Notes under the pieces: generated by a model
Database searches by the model: none
What the model was told of the DNA's origin: nothing
The model's input: the letters and a program-made list of their open reading frames with translations, nothing else
Shown: piece after piece, positions 1 through 11,220 of the stretch
Numbering within the stretch: the stretch's first letter is position 1
Layout: every line of letters begins with the position of its first letter
Made by a program: the position numbers and the translations under genes
From: Macrostomum lignano
Lineage: Eukaryota
Assembly: GCA_002269645.1 (NCBI GenBank)
Contig: NIVC01003709.1
Coordinates: forward strand, 17,399-81,398
Length of the DNA: 64,000 nucleotides
Direction of reading: 5' to 3'

Positions 1-2441
1 ATGATTATTTTTTAGAATAATTTTGTTGTTTACTAAACTTCAAAATTAATAAACATGATTAATTAACTACTTGCTGGGTATAGGAACTTAAAATTACAAG
101 AAAGTAAATAAACATAGCTTCCTGTTCTAATGTTGATAGCACGCACAAATTTTACTATTAAATGTGGGATTAGATTTGAATACTTTATAAAGAAAAAAAT
201 ATATATGAAAATAAGTAAGATACTCACCGTAAATTATGCGAAATGAAATAACTAAATTGGAAGAAAACTATTTGGAACTAGCTGCGCCAAAGTACTGAAG
301 AACTTTCAGTATATGGGCTGACTAAAATAAGCTGACTAAAGATTGCGGTTTTCCTGGATTGACGCGGAAGTCGAAAAATTTATAGAACGCTAGCGTGCCT
401 ATCAACGACAAATAACGAGATAAATTAAACCCGGAATTTTTTGAACATATTGAGTTCAACGAAACTAAATTAAAGAAAACATTTGGGAAGAAGTGAAATA
501 CTTAATAAAACTATAATATAATTTAAAAGCACAAATAGGATGTAAATAAAGCCTTTTCGTGCTACAAAATTATCCGAAACAGAATTTTAATGCCTTAAAT
601 ACTCCTATGGGCATATTGCGTTCCAATAATTACTTGAAATCGATGGAACAAATCAATTGGATTTAATTTTTTCCCCAAAAATTTATGAATATGACAATAC
701 CATCGCCACGCTGCACAAATTTCCATAGTGAAAAGTTTTGTTTCTGTACTTCTTCAATATTATGTCGTGCAGAAGATTCTTCTTCAAAATGTCGTGCAGA
801 AGATTCATATACATGTATATTAACAGGTTTATTTTTCAATTCTGACCAGTGAATCGTGATCACTATAGTTCTTTTGAATGAATGTATCTATCGAACCGTC
901 ATGTAGTTCTGCATAAAAATAAGATAAATTTGTTTTGGCTGACCAGACTTCACGCAAGTGTAGTAGACGTATGGACGACTTACATTTGCATGTGTGTATA
1001 TAGCGCTATAAATGTGGGGGTTTTGTGTTTCGACGCTGTAAATTGCATTATACTCAAAATCATATTTTAATTACACTAGGGTTTGGTAGCATGCGCAAAT
1101 TTTGGCTTATATTCGTTGAGGGTTCGCGTGACCTCGGACGTCAAGATCATTGACGAAATTGCTAATTAATCGCTTTTTCGTATTAAATGGCCTGTTTAAG
1201 ACGTGGCAAAATTATATCCTGATTATCAACTTGAACTTTTCCTGCTTTTGCTTCGTAAGCGAAGCTTTAAACGACGGAGCATCCGCTGATAGACTCACTT
1301 GAACAGCAAGTTGACTAGCTGCTGCTGCCGACGCTGCAGGCACCCCACCGGCAGAGACAGGCGCGCCTGCGTTTTTTATGAACCAACAGCCTATGTTGTT
1401 GCTGTTGTAAAGCAAGCATTTCTGAAAATAAACAGAACATAATAAATACTGCAGGATTTAGAAGTCAAGCTACGTGGCTACGTGGCTGTTTTTTAAGAAT
1501 GACAACCAGGCGATTTATATTGACAGTTTGATGGATGGACAATCGGATGGTTGTGAGCGTGAGATAATAAAACTATAAATATTAAAAGCAGACAGTTGGT
1601 TGTACTGTTACAAAAAAGAAACGCAGCGCACAACAAAGTAGAATAAAATGCCGCAGAAGTCTCGATCAGATCGAACTAGAGTTAGAAATTGAGGAGTTAT
1701 CCCTAGTAATTATTTCAGTGCCTCATAAATTACTTCATAAAGACACCAGAACTGTCGGTTTTGACCATAGACAAGTTTTCATGAAGTCTAAGGAACCCCT
1801 TCCGTGGAAGAGACACTACTGATTTGGCCATAGATATATGCAAGAGCTCTATTATATGCAAGACAGTTTAATACTGTAATAATACAAACCAATTTAATAT
1901 AAAAATGCAGCATGTTTTGAGGTCTTTATAATGTCAAGCGATTGCTTTGGCATCATTAATTTTAAAAGCAAATATTTTTGTTTACTACTAATAGAGTATT
2001 AGATACAATTTCATGGTTTTTTAACTGTAATAAACATAATTTTGCTTGCTCTTACTAACAGTAAAGTATTAAAGAATTGATTAAAATAAATTTTATACGC
2101 GTAATATTCTGCCATTTCTACTGTTAGCAGAATATCAATCAAATGCTATATATTCTAAATTGTATTTATATCTCTGAATTCATTGATTTTGAAGTTTTTT
2201 ATTTAGGAGAATTTCCTGGTAGTCCCGCATAAGCATCATCAAAATACCCGAGAGTTTATTACTCGTTATGTCTGTCCCCTACAAGGCCTAGTAGAAGAAT
2301 CTTACGCAAATGCACGACGTTATCCATATGACATGAGCGGTCAAAAAAAGAAAAGCAACAACAAAAAACAGAACCAAAAAGTTAATAAAGGAACTATTAA
2401 GCACTTCTCTATAGCACCGGGAGAACAATATAGGTGCATCA

Positions 2442-2600
2442 GAGTAGCTAGTCACTAGTAATCAGAGTAGCCAGATACCAGCAATACGAGTAGCTAGTCA
2501 CTAGTAATCAGAGTAGCCAGATACCAGCAATACGAGTAGCTAGTCACTAGTAATCAGAGTATTTAGTTACTAGTAACCAGGGTAGCTAGTTATTAGTTGT
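2442..2600. repeat. Short tandem repeat, 46-bp unit of two related 23-bp halves, ~3 copies
   Basis: GAGTAGCTAGTCACTAGTAATCAGAGTAGCCAGATACCAGCAATAC starts at 2442, 2488 and 2534; a related pair of units recurs at ~5620-5665. Confidence 0.85.
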
Positions 2601-2679
2601 TGCATATGCTGCATGCTATGCTGCATTATTCATAGATTTATTTTCTTCTAAAAGTAGTCTATGTGCCATCGGGGCAAAA

Positions 2680-2834
2680 TGTTACCGTACACCTTGTTTG
2701 CTAGAAACTTTAATGCCCTTAAGGGTAAAGAAATATAAGAGCGAGCTTCGTGCACATGCCAATTTGGAGCTGCTCAAATAACGCCCTCCTTCAATTCATA
2801 AACCCAAGTGCCTTTGCGTTCTTCAACCGTAACA
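2680..2834 (+). repeat. Putative 5' LTR (155 bp)
   Basis: Starts TG, ends CA, has 6-bp terminal inverted repeats TGTTAC/GTAACA and directly abuts the PBS. No second LTR is present to confirm the boundaries. Confidence 0.65.
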
Positions 2835-5615
2835 TGGCGACGAGGAAAAGTCACTGGATTCACTGAAGAAGCTGTGTACTGACTACCTTACGTTCGCAGG
2901 ACTGATAACTCAGCCGCTGGATTTTCGACTTGGAGAATTGCCTCTTTCTTATCATGAGATTGAGCAGTATTTCAAAAGACTGCAGTTTTACTTGGTGGCT
3001 TCAGGGAAGCAAGCTCACTCCAAAGCAGTACTTCTAGCGACATGCGGAGACGCAGCCTTCACGCTGATAGAAGAGCTTGCAAAGCCAAAAGACATCACGA
3101 AGGACGAAGTAACGTTCGATGATATCCAGAGTTCGCTAACCGCACATTTTAAGCCCAAAACATTGCTTCACTATGAGAGACACGTGCTTCACTCCATGGT
3201 GCAAAAAGAGGGTGAATCGATTGCTACCTACATCGAATGTCTAAAGCGCCAAGCCAACAAATGCAGATTCGGTGATCTCCGAGACGAACTAATTCTGTCG
3301 CAGTACATATTTGGCTTGCGGAATCAAGTGTTAAAGCAAAAGCTTCTTTCAAGAGAGGATGTCACTTTGGAAGGCGCGATACAAGAAGGTTTGCTGTCTG
3401 AGTCGATTAGGATGGCAACAAGCAAGCCGGATACAATCGCGGCGGTACAGAAGAAGAGTCATTCCGGATGGGTGAGACCAGAGAAGACGCCTGCCCACAA
3501 GCAGCAGCACAGTTTGGACAACCGCAAAGGACCGACAAAGCCTCGTGAAACTGGTCACTGCCACACATGCGGAAAAGCAGGACACGTCAGGTCAAAGTGC
3601 CGATTTCGGGATGCGCAGTGCCGAAAGTGTGGAAGGTTGGACACCTGGCAGCAGTTTGTCGCTCCAAGACCGTTAATGCTCTGCAGAACGTGTGCCGATC
3701 AGAGGATTCTAGCCATGGACATGTGGGAGCAATCTACGCGACAACTGACATCGGAGATCGTCATTCAACGGCTATATTTATTGGCTATACTGGGAATGGA
3801 TTTCCTATCGCGCCTGGACATACTACACATCGACGGAAGCATTTCAGAAGATCTTTGAAGATCTTTGATGCAAATTCGAGATTTCTCGCAAGTTTCCGCC
3901 TCCGCTCAGATGCTAGAACGGACGGCATGCGATATCCTGCCAGATCTCTGCCCTTTTCGATGAAGTCTATGGTTGAGACTGAGCTCAAGCGACTGCTAAA
4001 TGCAGGCATTATATATCCAGTGGAAGACCCAGACGTTTCTGCGCCAATTGTTCCAGTTTTAAAGCAGCAAGGCTCAACGAGACCAATACGTCTATGCGGC
4101 GACTACTCAGTCACGCTTAATCGCATAATCGATGCCGATCGCTACAAGCTTCCAAAGCTAGAAGAAATCCTTTCTAAAATTCCTAATGCCAAGTACTATT
4201 CAGTCTTGGATTTGGAAGACGCGTTTCTTTAAGTTGCGCTTTCGCCTGAGAGCCAGAAACTTACCTGCATCTCTACGCACCTGGGCCACTTCGCTTTCAA
4301 AAATCTTCAGTTCGGAATTTCCGCAGCACCATTAATATTCCAAGAAGTCATGGATGATGTGCTCAGAAACGTAGAATGCACTGCTTCGTATCAAGACGAC
4401 ATAATAATCGGAACTCCCGGAGACCGACAACAATACATGCTGGTGCTAAACAAGGTAAAGCAACGTTTGGCTGACAATGGGTTCAAAATTAACGCCCGCA
4501 AGTCACAGGAATGCTTAAAAAGCGTCAAGTTTCTCGGGTTCATTCTCCACAACGGCAAGCTCGAGCCTGATCCAGCGAGAATAGAGGCATGGGAAAATAT
4601 GCCAGATCCCGCGGATAAAGACCAATTAAAAAGCGCCTTGTGTACTCTTCGACACTACGGCCTGTTCTGCAAGAATTTTTCTATCATTGCTCGACCATTG
4701 TATTCATTATTGAAGAAAGGACAGCACTGGTTCTGGAACAAAGAACATTCACAGGCCTTCACGAGATTGAAGCAAAGTATTCGACAAGGAGCAATAACTG
4801 CTTACGACTCGTCCAAGCGTCTGTTTCTGACTTGTGATGCGTCAAAGGATGGATTGGGGTTCGTGCTCTCTCATGACAGAGAGCAGAGACAGATTGTTTG
4901 GCTCGGAAGCAGAGTGCTCACACCCGCAGAGGGCAATTATGCAAATATCGAACGAGAGGCGCTGGCTATCGTCGAAGGAGTTAAGTATTTCCACCAGTTT
5001 CTCGCCGGAAGAAGATTTACTATTCTATCAGACCACAGACCGCTTCAGTTCATTTTCGATCACAATAAATCGTCTGAGCGTGTTTCCGCCAGGCTTCAAC
5101 GCTGGTCGCTCATTCTACGAGCGTATGACTACAAGATCGAATATTCCAAAGACGATTCGATGTACGCCGCTGATACTCTGTCGCGACTTCCAAGTGGCAA
5201 TTGTATAACGAAGGAATCCGTCAACCTACTGTCAATAAATGCCCAGGACACCTTTGCGAATTCCGAAGATCTACTGCGTCGAATTGCTAAGACGAATGAC
5301 TGCCATCTGCAGACACTGAAGCATTACATTCAGGATGGATGGCCGGAGTACTTACCGAAAGTCATGCTGCCTTACTCAAAAGGAAAGCTTGAGTATACTA
5401 TACAGAATGGCATTGTGTTTAAAGGATTCAAGCGGATTGTACCACCCAGTGATTTAGGAACGGAAATTTTACACCTGCTGCATGAAAATCACCCCGGGAG
5501 TTGTGCGCATGATTCGCTTGGCACGACAGTATTTCTGGTGGCCAGGAATCGACACGCAGATAAACAGTTTCGTTCAAAGGTGTGCACAGTGTCAGCTTCA
5601 CGCAAGAAAGCGAAC
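2834..5615 (+). pseudogene. Disrupted gag-pol polyprotein
   Basis: Gag CHTCGKAGHVRSKC, with a second knuckle split by a frameshift at ~3633 (CRKCG/KVGHLAAVC). No recognisable protease D(T/S)G segment. TAA at 4230-4232 interrupts RT. A frameshift at ~5495 splits HENHPG from VVRMIRLARQYFWWPG...CAQC. Confidence 0.88.
2835..2846 (+). promoter_or_regulatory. Primer-binding site TGGCGACGAGGA
   Basis: Lies immediately after the LTR-terminal CA. It is complementary to a tRNA 3' end ...TCCTCGTCGCCA, as in metazoan tRNA-Ser(GCT). Confidence 0.8.
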
Positions 5616-5654
5616 TGCCAGTTACTAGCAATACGAGTAGCCAGTTACTAGCAA

Positions 5655-8087
5655 TCAGAGTAGAAAACCTTGCCGACGCAGCTCCTCAGTGACGCACAGC
5701 TGCGAGTTGCTATCCGCACCAGCCGGGACCAGCAGCTGCAGCACGGGTTCGCCAGTTCCCGGCTGGAACCGGATCAGCCTGGCCCTGATTGGTTCATAGG
5801 TGGCGCACTTTGTCAGCCGTTGAAATTCGGCGATGCACTCGTCGCTAGCACCGGCCGGTAGGACGAGCTCCGCGTCCAGGGTGCAGCGGATGGCCTGGCG
5901 GGGGTTTACGAGAGGCTTATAGAAACTAGTCTGTCTTAGTACTGGAAGCTGTGGGCATGTGGACTAGAAAAGGCCACCATGCACAGCTGAAGCAGCAGGA
6001 CGCTGCACTCGCGAATCGTGCAGACTGGCGAGATGGGAAGTTTTCAGTTCTTCAGCACTGAATCCCCAATTTCTCACCTGCTGGACTTCCGAATTGCAAA
6101 TGCAGCCAGCAGGTGTTTTGTCCGAGCTGCGCTTACAAGTTTATCAAGCTGCTTTTTTCATGAACTGCTGCCGGAGACCGGCAAGCAAGCAAAGTTGCGG
6201 CGAAATTGCAGTCGCTCCTGTCTCTGCAGTGTTTTGTCTGGACGGATTTGTCTATGGCCAAACCCCACTCAGCGCTGTGCAAAATGCAAATCTTTGACAA
6301 AAAACACCTGCTGGCTGCATTTGCAATTCGGAAGTCCAGCAGGTGAGACTTTCTTTCCAGAAAGCATGACCCCCCATCAACACGTACACTAAGAGGGACA
6401 GCTGACCCCCTGACCTCCCCCTGGATGGCTCTGCCATTTTAAGTGAAAAATCATCTTAAATTTCAGGGAGGGGGAAAAGCTGCCTTTTCTGTCCAGCTGA
6501 ATTGAACAGTTCTCTCTTATTGGTACAATGCCAAAGCGAAATCGGGATGCTAAATATATAAATCTGGCCAGTTTTTAAAAGTACACCCTTGGGGGCGGGA
6601 GTCCCCATTCATCCCTGATAACTTTCACTACCAACCTGGAAGGGCAGCTCGCAAAACTGAGGCTGCAGTCGGAACGCCCGGCCAACTGGCACCATCAGAG
6701 AGTCGCCATAGTCCAAACAGTCCACATCCAGCATAGCCTGCTGCTGCTGTGTAAGGTCAACACTGACAACTCTGGCCCGTTGCCAGGTTTGATCTGGCTC
6801 ATAATAAGCGGCCACCAATTCGCCTGGGCAAAGGTTGCAGCCTAGCGGATGGTCAGGCTTCAAACCATTATAGTACTCAACCATCGAGCAGACCAGATTG
6901 CTCAGACTTCTGCTCTGTTCGTTGTCGCACAGCAAGTAGAAAACTAAGGGATCGTCGCCTACAGCCGACACGCAGACGCTTATAGGTTCGTTGGTGGCTG
7001 GGAATGCAGCGAACCTAACAGGGTATGGAGGCTGGGGCGGCTGCTGAGCTGGCGGCTGAGGCTGCTGAGCTGGCGGCTGAGGCTGCTGAGCTGGCGGCTG
7101 AGGCTGCTGAGCTGGCGGCTGAGGCTGCTGAGCTGGCGGCTGGGGCTGCTGAGCTGGCGGCTGGGGCTGCTGAGCTGGCGGCTGAGGCTGCTGAGGCGAC
7201 GAAGAGGCAGAGTTAGCTCCGTTAGCAGAATTTGGAGCGCCATTTCTACTACGATTAGTTGAGCGCCTAGCGTCGCGCTGATCAATCTCGGCGCACAGCT
7301 GGTCGATTAAAGATTTAGCCAGGTCGATCTGGTCTTGGGTGCCGCACAGCGTCACCAGCCGGTTCTCCTCGTTGAGCCGGCCGCCGCCGCCGCCGCCGCG
7401 TTCGACGTCGATTTTGCACCGGGACTGAGTCATGAGATCGCGCACATTCTGGCCGCCCCTGCCAATCAGCGGGCCGATGTAGCGCGAAGCCAAACGAAAC
7501 TCGGCGGTCTCTTTGCGCGGCACCGCGGCTATGAGCCGACGCAGCTCCTCCTCGGCGGCGTGAACGCAGCGCGCCTCGCCGCGTATTCGGACAGGCTCCG
7601 TCGCTGAGGCCGACCTGCCGTCGGCTTGCGGGCCGTCACCGCCGTTAGCAGCCCGATTGACAAATGTAATTTTAGTCTTAGTAGTCTGCTGCAGTTGACG
7701 GATAGCGGCGCCGTCTTTGCCAATAATAGCGCCAATTGCTTCGCGCGGAATCGACATCAGCGCCACCTTGTAGGTGTCGGCCGTGGCCACTGTCTGATCG
7801 CCGGCCTCGGCTGGTCCGTCGGCATCGGCGGCGGCATCGGCGGCAGAGTCGCCAACTGCTCCAGCAGCGGAGTCTAGCACCTGACGGCGCTGCTTCTCAG
7901 CATAGCCAATGCCGACAGAGTGCAGCTGGACTGGGCGCTGGGTTCGATAGGTGAGGTACCAAAACACGGCACAGCCGGCCAGCACCAGGCAGTGGTAGGC
8001 CGGGCTGTCCATACCAGCAATAGTTACGAGGAGGAGTGAGGAGTGATCACGATCTGGAATAAGTTGGCGAGTTAGAGAAGCTTGCAT
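5655..8087 (-). CDS. TDRKH: Tudor and KH domain-containing protein (TDRKH/PAPI); exons 8087-6636 and 5894-5655, ~563 aa
   Basis: N-terminal hydrophobic helix, two KH domains (IIGKDG, LIGRGG) and an extended Tudor domain (WQRARV, DYGD, ELPFQ). Donor CAG|GTTGGT at 6636 and acceptor CGCCAG|GCC at 5894 join in phase 0 to AIRCTL...EFQRLTKCATYEPIRARL...EELRRQGFLL*, which is the expected Tudor C-terminal half and is not in the ORF track. Confidence 0.9.
5978..6348 (+). repeat. Fold-back dispersed repeat, copy 1 (TDRKH intron)
   Basis: ~6045-6297 matches the reverse complement of ~10838-11090; 6300-6348 is an inverted copy of 6073-6120. Confidence 0.85.
7038..7196 (-). repeat. Exonic 21-bp minisatellite encoding QQPQPPA x~8 in the TDRKH KH-Tudor linker
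   Basis: GGCTGCTGAGCTGGCGGCTGA repeats in frame within the TDRKH ORF. Confidence 0.9.
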
Positions 8088-8317
8088 TTCTCAAAGTCTA
8101 AAATCTACTATACCCAAATAGTCTTCCATTAACGGGTGATCCAATATAACGTGTGTCCCAAGTAACCTACCAATTCAACTGACTCCGAAAGAGTCGGCAC
8201 TGCATAACGAAAGACAATATCTATAAATTTTATCAGTCAAAAACTTTAGTGTAACTTTGCTGTAAAAGATGCTGTTCTCTGACCTTCATTTGTCCGTGCT
8301 CAGGGCTCGAATCCGCG

Positions 8318-8801
8318 GGGTCCATGAGAATTGCCCGCAGACGAATTGCCCGCCGAGATTTTCAATTCCGGCAGGCAAATCTCAGCGGGCAATTCTCGGC
8401 AGGCAAATCTCAGCGGGCAATTCTCGGCAGGCAAATCTCAGCGGGCAATTCTCGGCAGGCAAATCTCAGCGGGCAATTCTCGGCATGCAAATCTCAGCGG
8501 GCAATTCTCGGCAGGCAAATCTCAGCGGGCAATTCTCGGCAGGCAAATCTCAGCGGGCAATTCTCGGCAGGCAAATCTCAGCGGGCAATTCTCGGCAGGC
8601 AAATCTCAGCGGGCAATTCTCGGCAGGCAAATCTCAACGGGCAATTCTCGGCAGGCAAATCTCAGCGGGCAATTCTCGGCAGGCAAATCTCAGCGGGCAA
8701 TTCTCGGCAGGCAAATCTCAACGGGCAATTCGCTCACGGGCAAATTGCACTGCGGGCAAATCTCGGCGGGCAATTCGTCTGCGGGCATTTCTCGTGCTCC
8801 C
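8318..8801. mobile_element. Non-autonomous TIR element (MULE/Foldback-like) with internal 28-bp tandem array
   Basis: Imperfect ~45-bp TIRs starting GGG (GGGTCCATGAGAATTGCCCGCAGACGAATTGCCCGCCGAGATTT and its inverse). 9-bp TSD GAATCCGCG at 8309-8317 and 8802-8810. Interior is GCAGGCAAATCTCAGCGGGCAATTCTCG x~12. Confidence 0.8.
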
Positions 8802-9489
8802 GAATCCGCGGTCACATTCAGTTGGGGCTGTGTGTGCACGAAAATTGACCAGTGGAGGTTGTCGTGCGATTCACAGCCAACCCCCCCCCCCAAAGGCGCA
8901 GAGAGTGTACAGCAGCCTGTGTGAGCGTGTGCATGAGTGCGTGCCTGCGTACAGTATTGGCGTGCTTGCATTTGCTCAGGAGTCAGTGGAATGGCTGAAT
9001 TGCCTCAGCGCAGCCCTCCTGCAATTAATAATTAATAATTACCAGTGGTTTTCTACTCCTAAACGGATCCCTAATTTAGCTTCAAACATTACGCCTTTAG
9101 TAATAATGACTTCTAGTTAAGGTTCGAAAGAGAATAAAAAACCAAAAAGAAAAGTCGAAATAAGCGTGATTGTACTCAAAGAAACCGTGATCGTGGCATG
9201 TACATATTTATATAGGCATTATAAAGCAAGCAAACAACGATTTCTTTAAAAAAAATCTGTTGAAAATAGTTAACAACAAACACATTCTAAGCATGCTATA
9301 TACAGGTAAGTTTATTGAAAGGCCGGTTCAACAGCTACATGTATAGGTCTGCAGGTCAAAGAGTTATTCGAATTCATAGTATAGCAGCAGCCTTTCAAGA
9401 CTAATACAGTGAAATTCGAGCTTTTCGAAATAATCCTAGACTTCCCCACTGCTCATAAGTATCTAAGCTACCATTTTAAATGTAATATA

Positions 9490-9887
9490 TAACGGGTGAT
9501 CCAAAAAATGGACAAACCTGTAGTGAAACTGTGCCAAGGCAATACAGTGAATCTTTACAGGCTCGCAGCAGGCGAATCCTGACACCTGTAAGATCCCTTC
9601 TGCCAACTTTGGAATGAATATTTCAAATAGTCTTTGGCTTTAAGTTGAAAGTGTCTTTGGTTGTTTCTACAATTACACATCTACTGTCTATGGCTTCAAG
9701 TTGAAAGTGACTGTTGGCTAAATTTAGAATGGCTATTTTAGGAAACTGGATAAAGATATCCATTCCAAAGTTGGCAGAAAAAATCCTACAGGTGTCAGGA
9801 TTCACATGCTGCGAGCCTGTAAAGATTCACTGTATTGCCTTGGCACAGCCTCACTACGAAGTTTGTCCATTTTTGGATCACCCGTTA
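9490..9887. mobile_element. MITE with ~130-bp TIRs and TA flanks (Tc1/mariner-type)
   Basis: TAACGGGTGATCCAAAAAATGGACAAAC...CCAACTTTGGAATG is mirrored by CATTCCAAAGTTGG...GTTTGTCCATTTTTGGATCACCCGTTA, with TA on both sides. A solitary end AACGGGTGATCCA also occurs at ~8132. Confidence 0.88.
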
Positions 9888-10667
9888 TAATATGTAATAT
9901 AATATAGCTTTTTGCAACCCATTTGAGCTTACGCGCATTTAATTTAATCCAAGATAGGTTTGCCAATGAAATGGAGCTTTATCTATGGTAGCAAGGCTGG
10001 CGCAGCGGCATTTAATTTGGTCCAACAAGCATCAGTTTGGTCCACAGCTTCATTTGCAACTGCTGCGGAGGAGCAACATCAGCCCCAGAATAGTGAAACA
10101 TATGCTAGGCTTTTGAACGAATGCCATTGGCTTGCGATCGAAGCGCTCGACAGAGGTGAACACCCATAGGACATTGCAAGGTTGCTGAATGTAAAAGAAT
10201 AATTAAATCATACTAGTGTCGTAAGCTAGCAGAGTGCAAAGTGAGAAATTACCATAGACAGTCTCTCGGCAGGGCGCGAGACCCGTTTTGTGTCTGTCCT
10301 CTAGCTTTGTACCGAAATCAATGGGCTTTTGGCCATAGACATTCTCATCAGGTGGGCTTCCCTGCGTTACAACCATAGACCTTCCACACTCTAGATAGGC
10401 CACTTTGTGTCACGGCAATCGGGTGCACTCAACCGTTTATTTTTTATACACGAAAGTGCCGACTCTTAGTGGGAACTCAGATTTTAAGTTCAGTAGGGTT
10501 TAGGACATAGACACTAGTATATGAAGGTAGGTGCATTGTCAGGATAAGAAATGGCTAAAATAGACCATATAGACAGCAAACCTATTTACAACTGTACACA
10601 TGTAGGCTGCGACCATTTGATGCCTTTGTTGACAGGCTGCCCGCCTTCCCACCTAGCCTGACAAAAG

Positions 10668-11176
10668 CGTGTTGCTCATGTACAGAGTTCAGATTTCAGC
10701 ACTGAATTCCCAATGCCTCACCTGCTGGACTCCCGAACTGCAGATGCAGCCAGCAGGCGTTCTGTCCGAGCTGCGCTCACAAGTTTGTTCAGAGAAAGGT
10801 TGAAAGAAGCATTATTGTAGAGCTAAAACAGTTTCTCTCAAAGATTTGCTTTTTGAACAGCGCTGAGTGGGGTTTGGCCATAGACAAATCCGTCCAGACA
10901 AAACACTGCAGAGACAGGAGCGGCTGCAATTTCGCCGCAACTTTGTTTGCTTGCCGGTCTCCGGCAGCAGTTCATGAAAAAAGCAGCTTGATAAACTTGT
11001 GAGCGCAGCTCGGACAAAACACCTGCTGGCTGCATTTGCAATTCGGAAGTCCAGCAGGTGAGACATTGGGAATTCAGTGCTGAAGAACTGGAAAATTCCC
11101 ACCTCGCCAGTGCAGTTCGCAGCGAAATCTGCACGGTTTTCGAGTGCAGCGGCCTTCTGCTTCAGCTGTCCATGAG
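10668..11176 (-). repeat. Fold-back dispersed repeat, copy 2 (just downstream of the TAB1 stop)
   Basis: Inverted homologue of 5978-6297; ~10694-10785 is an inverted copy of ~10998-11085. Confidence 0.85.
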
Positions 11177-11220
11177 CAACATTTGCATCATTCATATTCT
11201 CAATGGGAAGCAGAATTGTA

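Larger units (their letters stand above)
2680..5615 (+). mobile_element. Ty3/Gypsy LTR retrotransposon, 3'-truncated (5' LTR, PBS, gag, RT, RNase H, integrase N-terminus)
   Basis: Putative LTR TGTTAC...GTAACA (2680-2834), PBS, CCHC knuckles, RT YQDD, RNase H (TCDASKDGLG, EREALA, SDHRPL) and integrase HHCC, in Gypsy domain order. The integrase core and 3' LTR are absent. Confidence 0.93.

Noticed and set aside
1305-1403. Possible minus-strand exon (AG acceptor, CAA|GTGAGT donor, Ala-rich frame)
   Set aside because: Short, low-complexity and without recognisable homology or partner exons; it cannot be supported.
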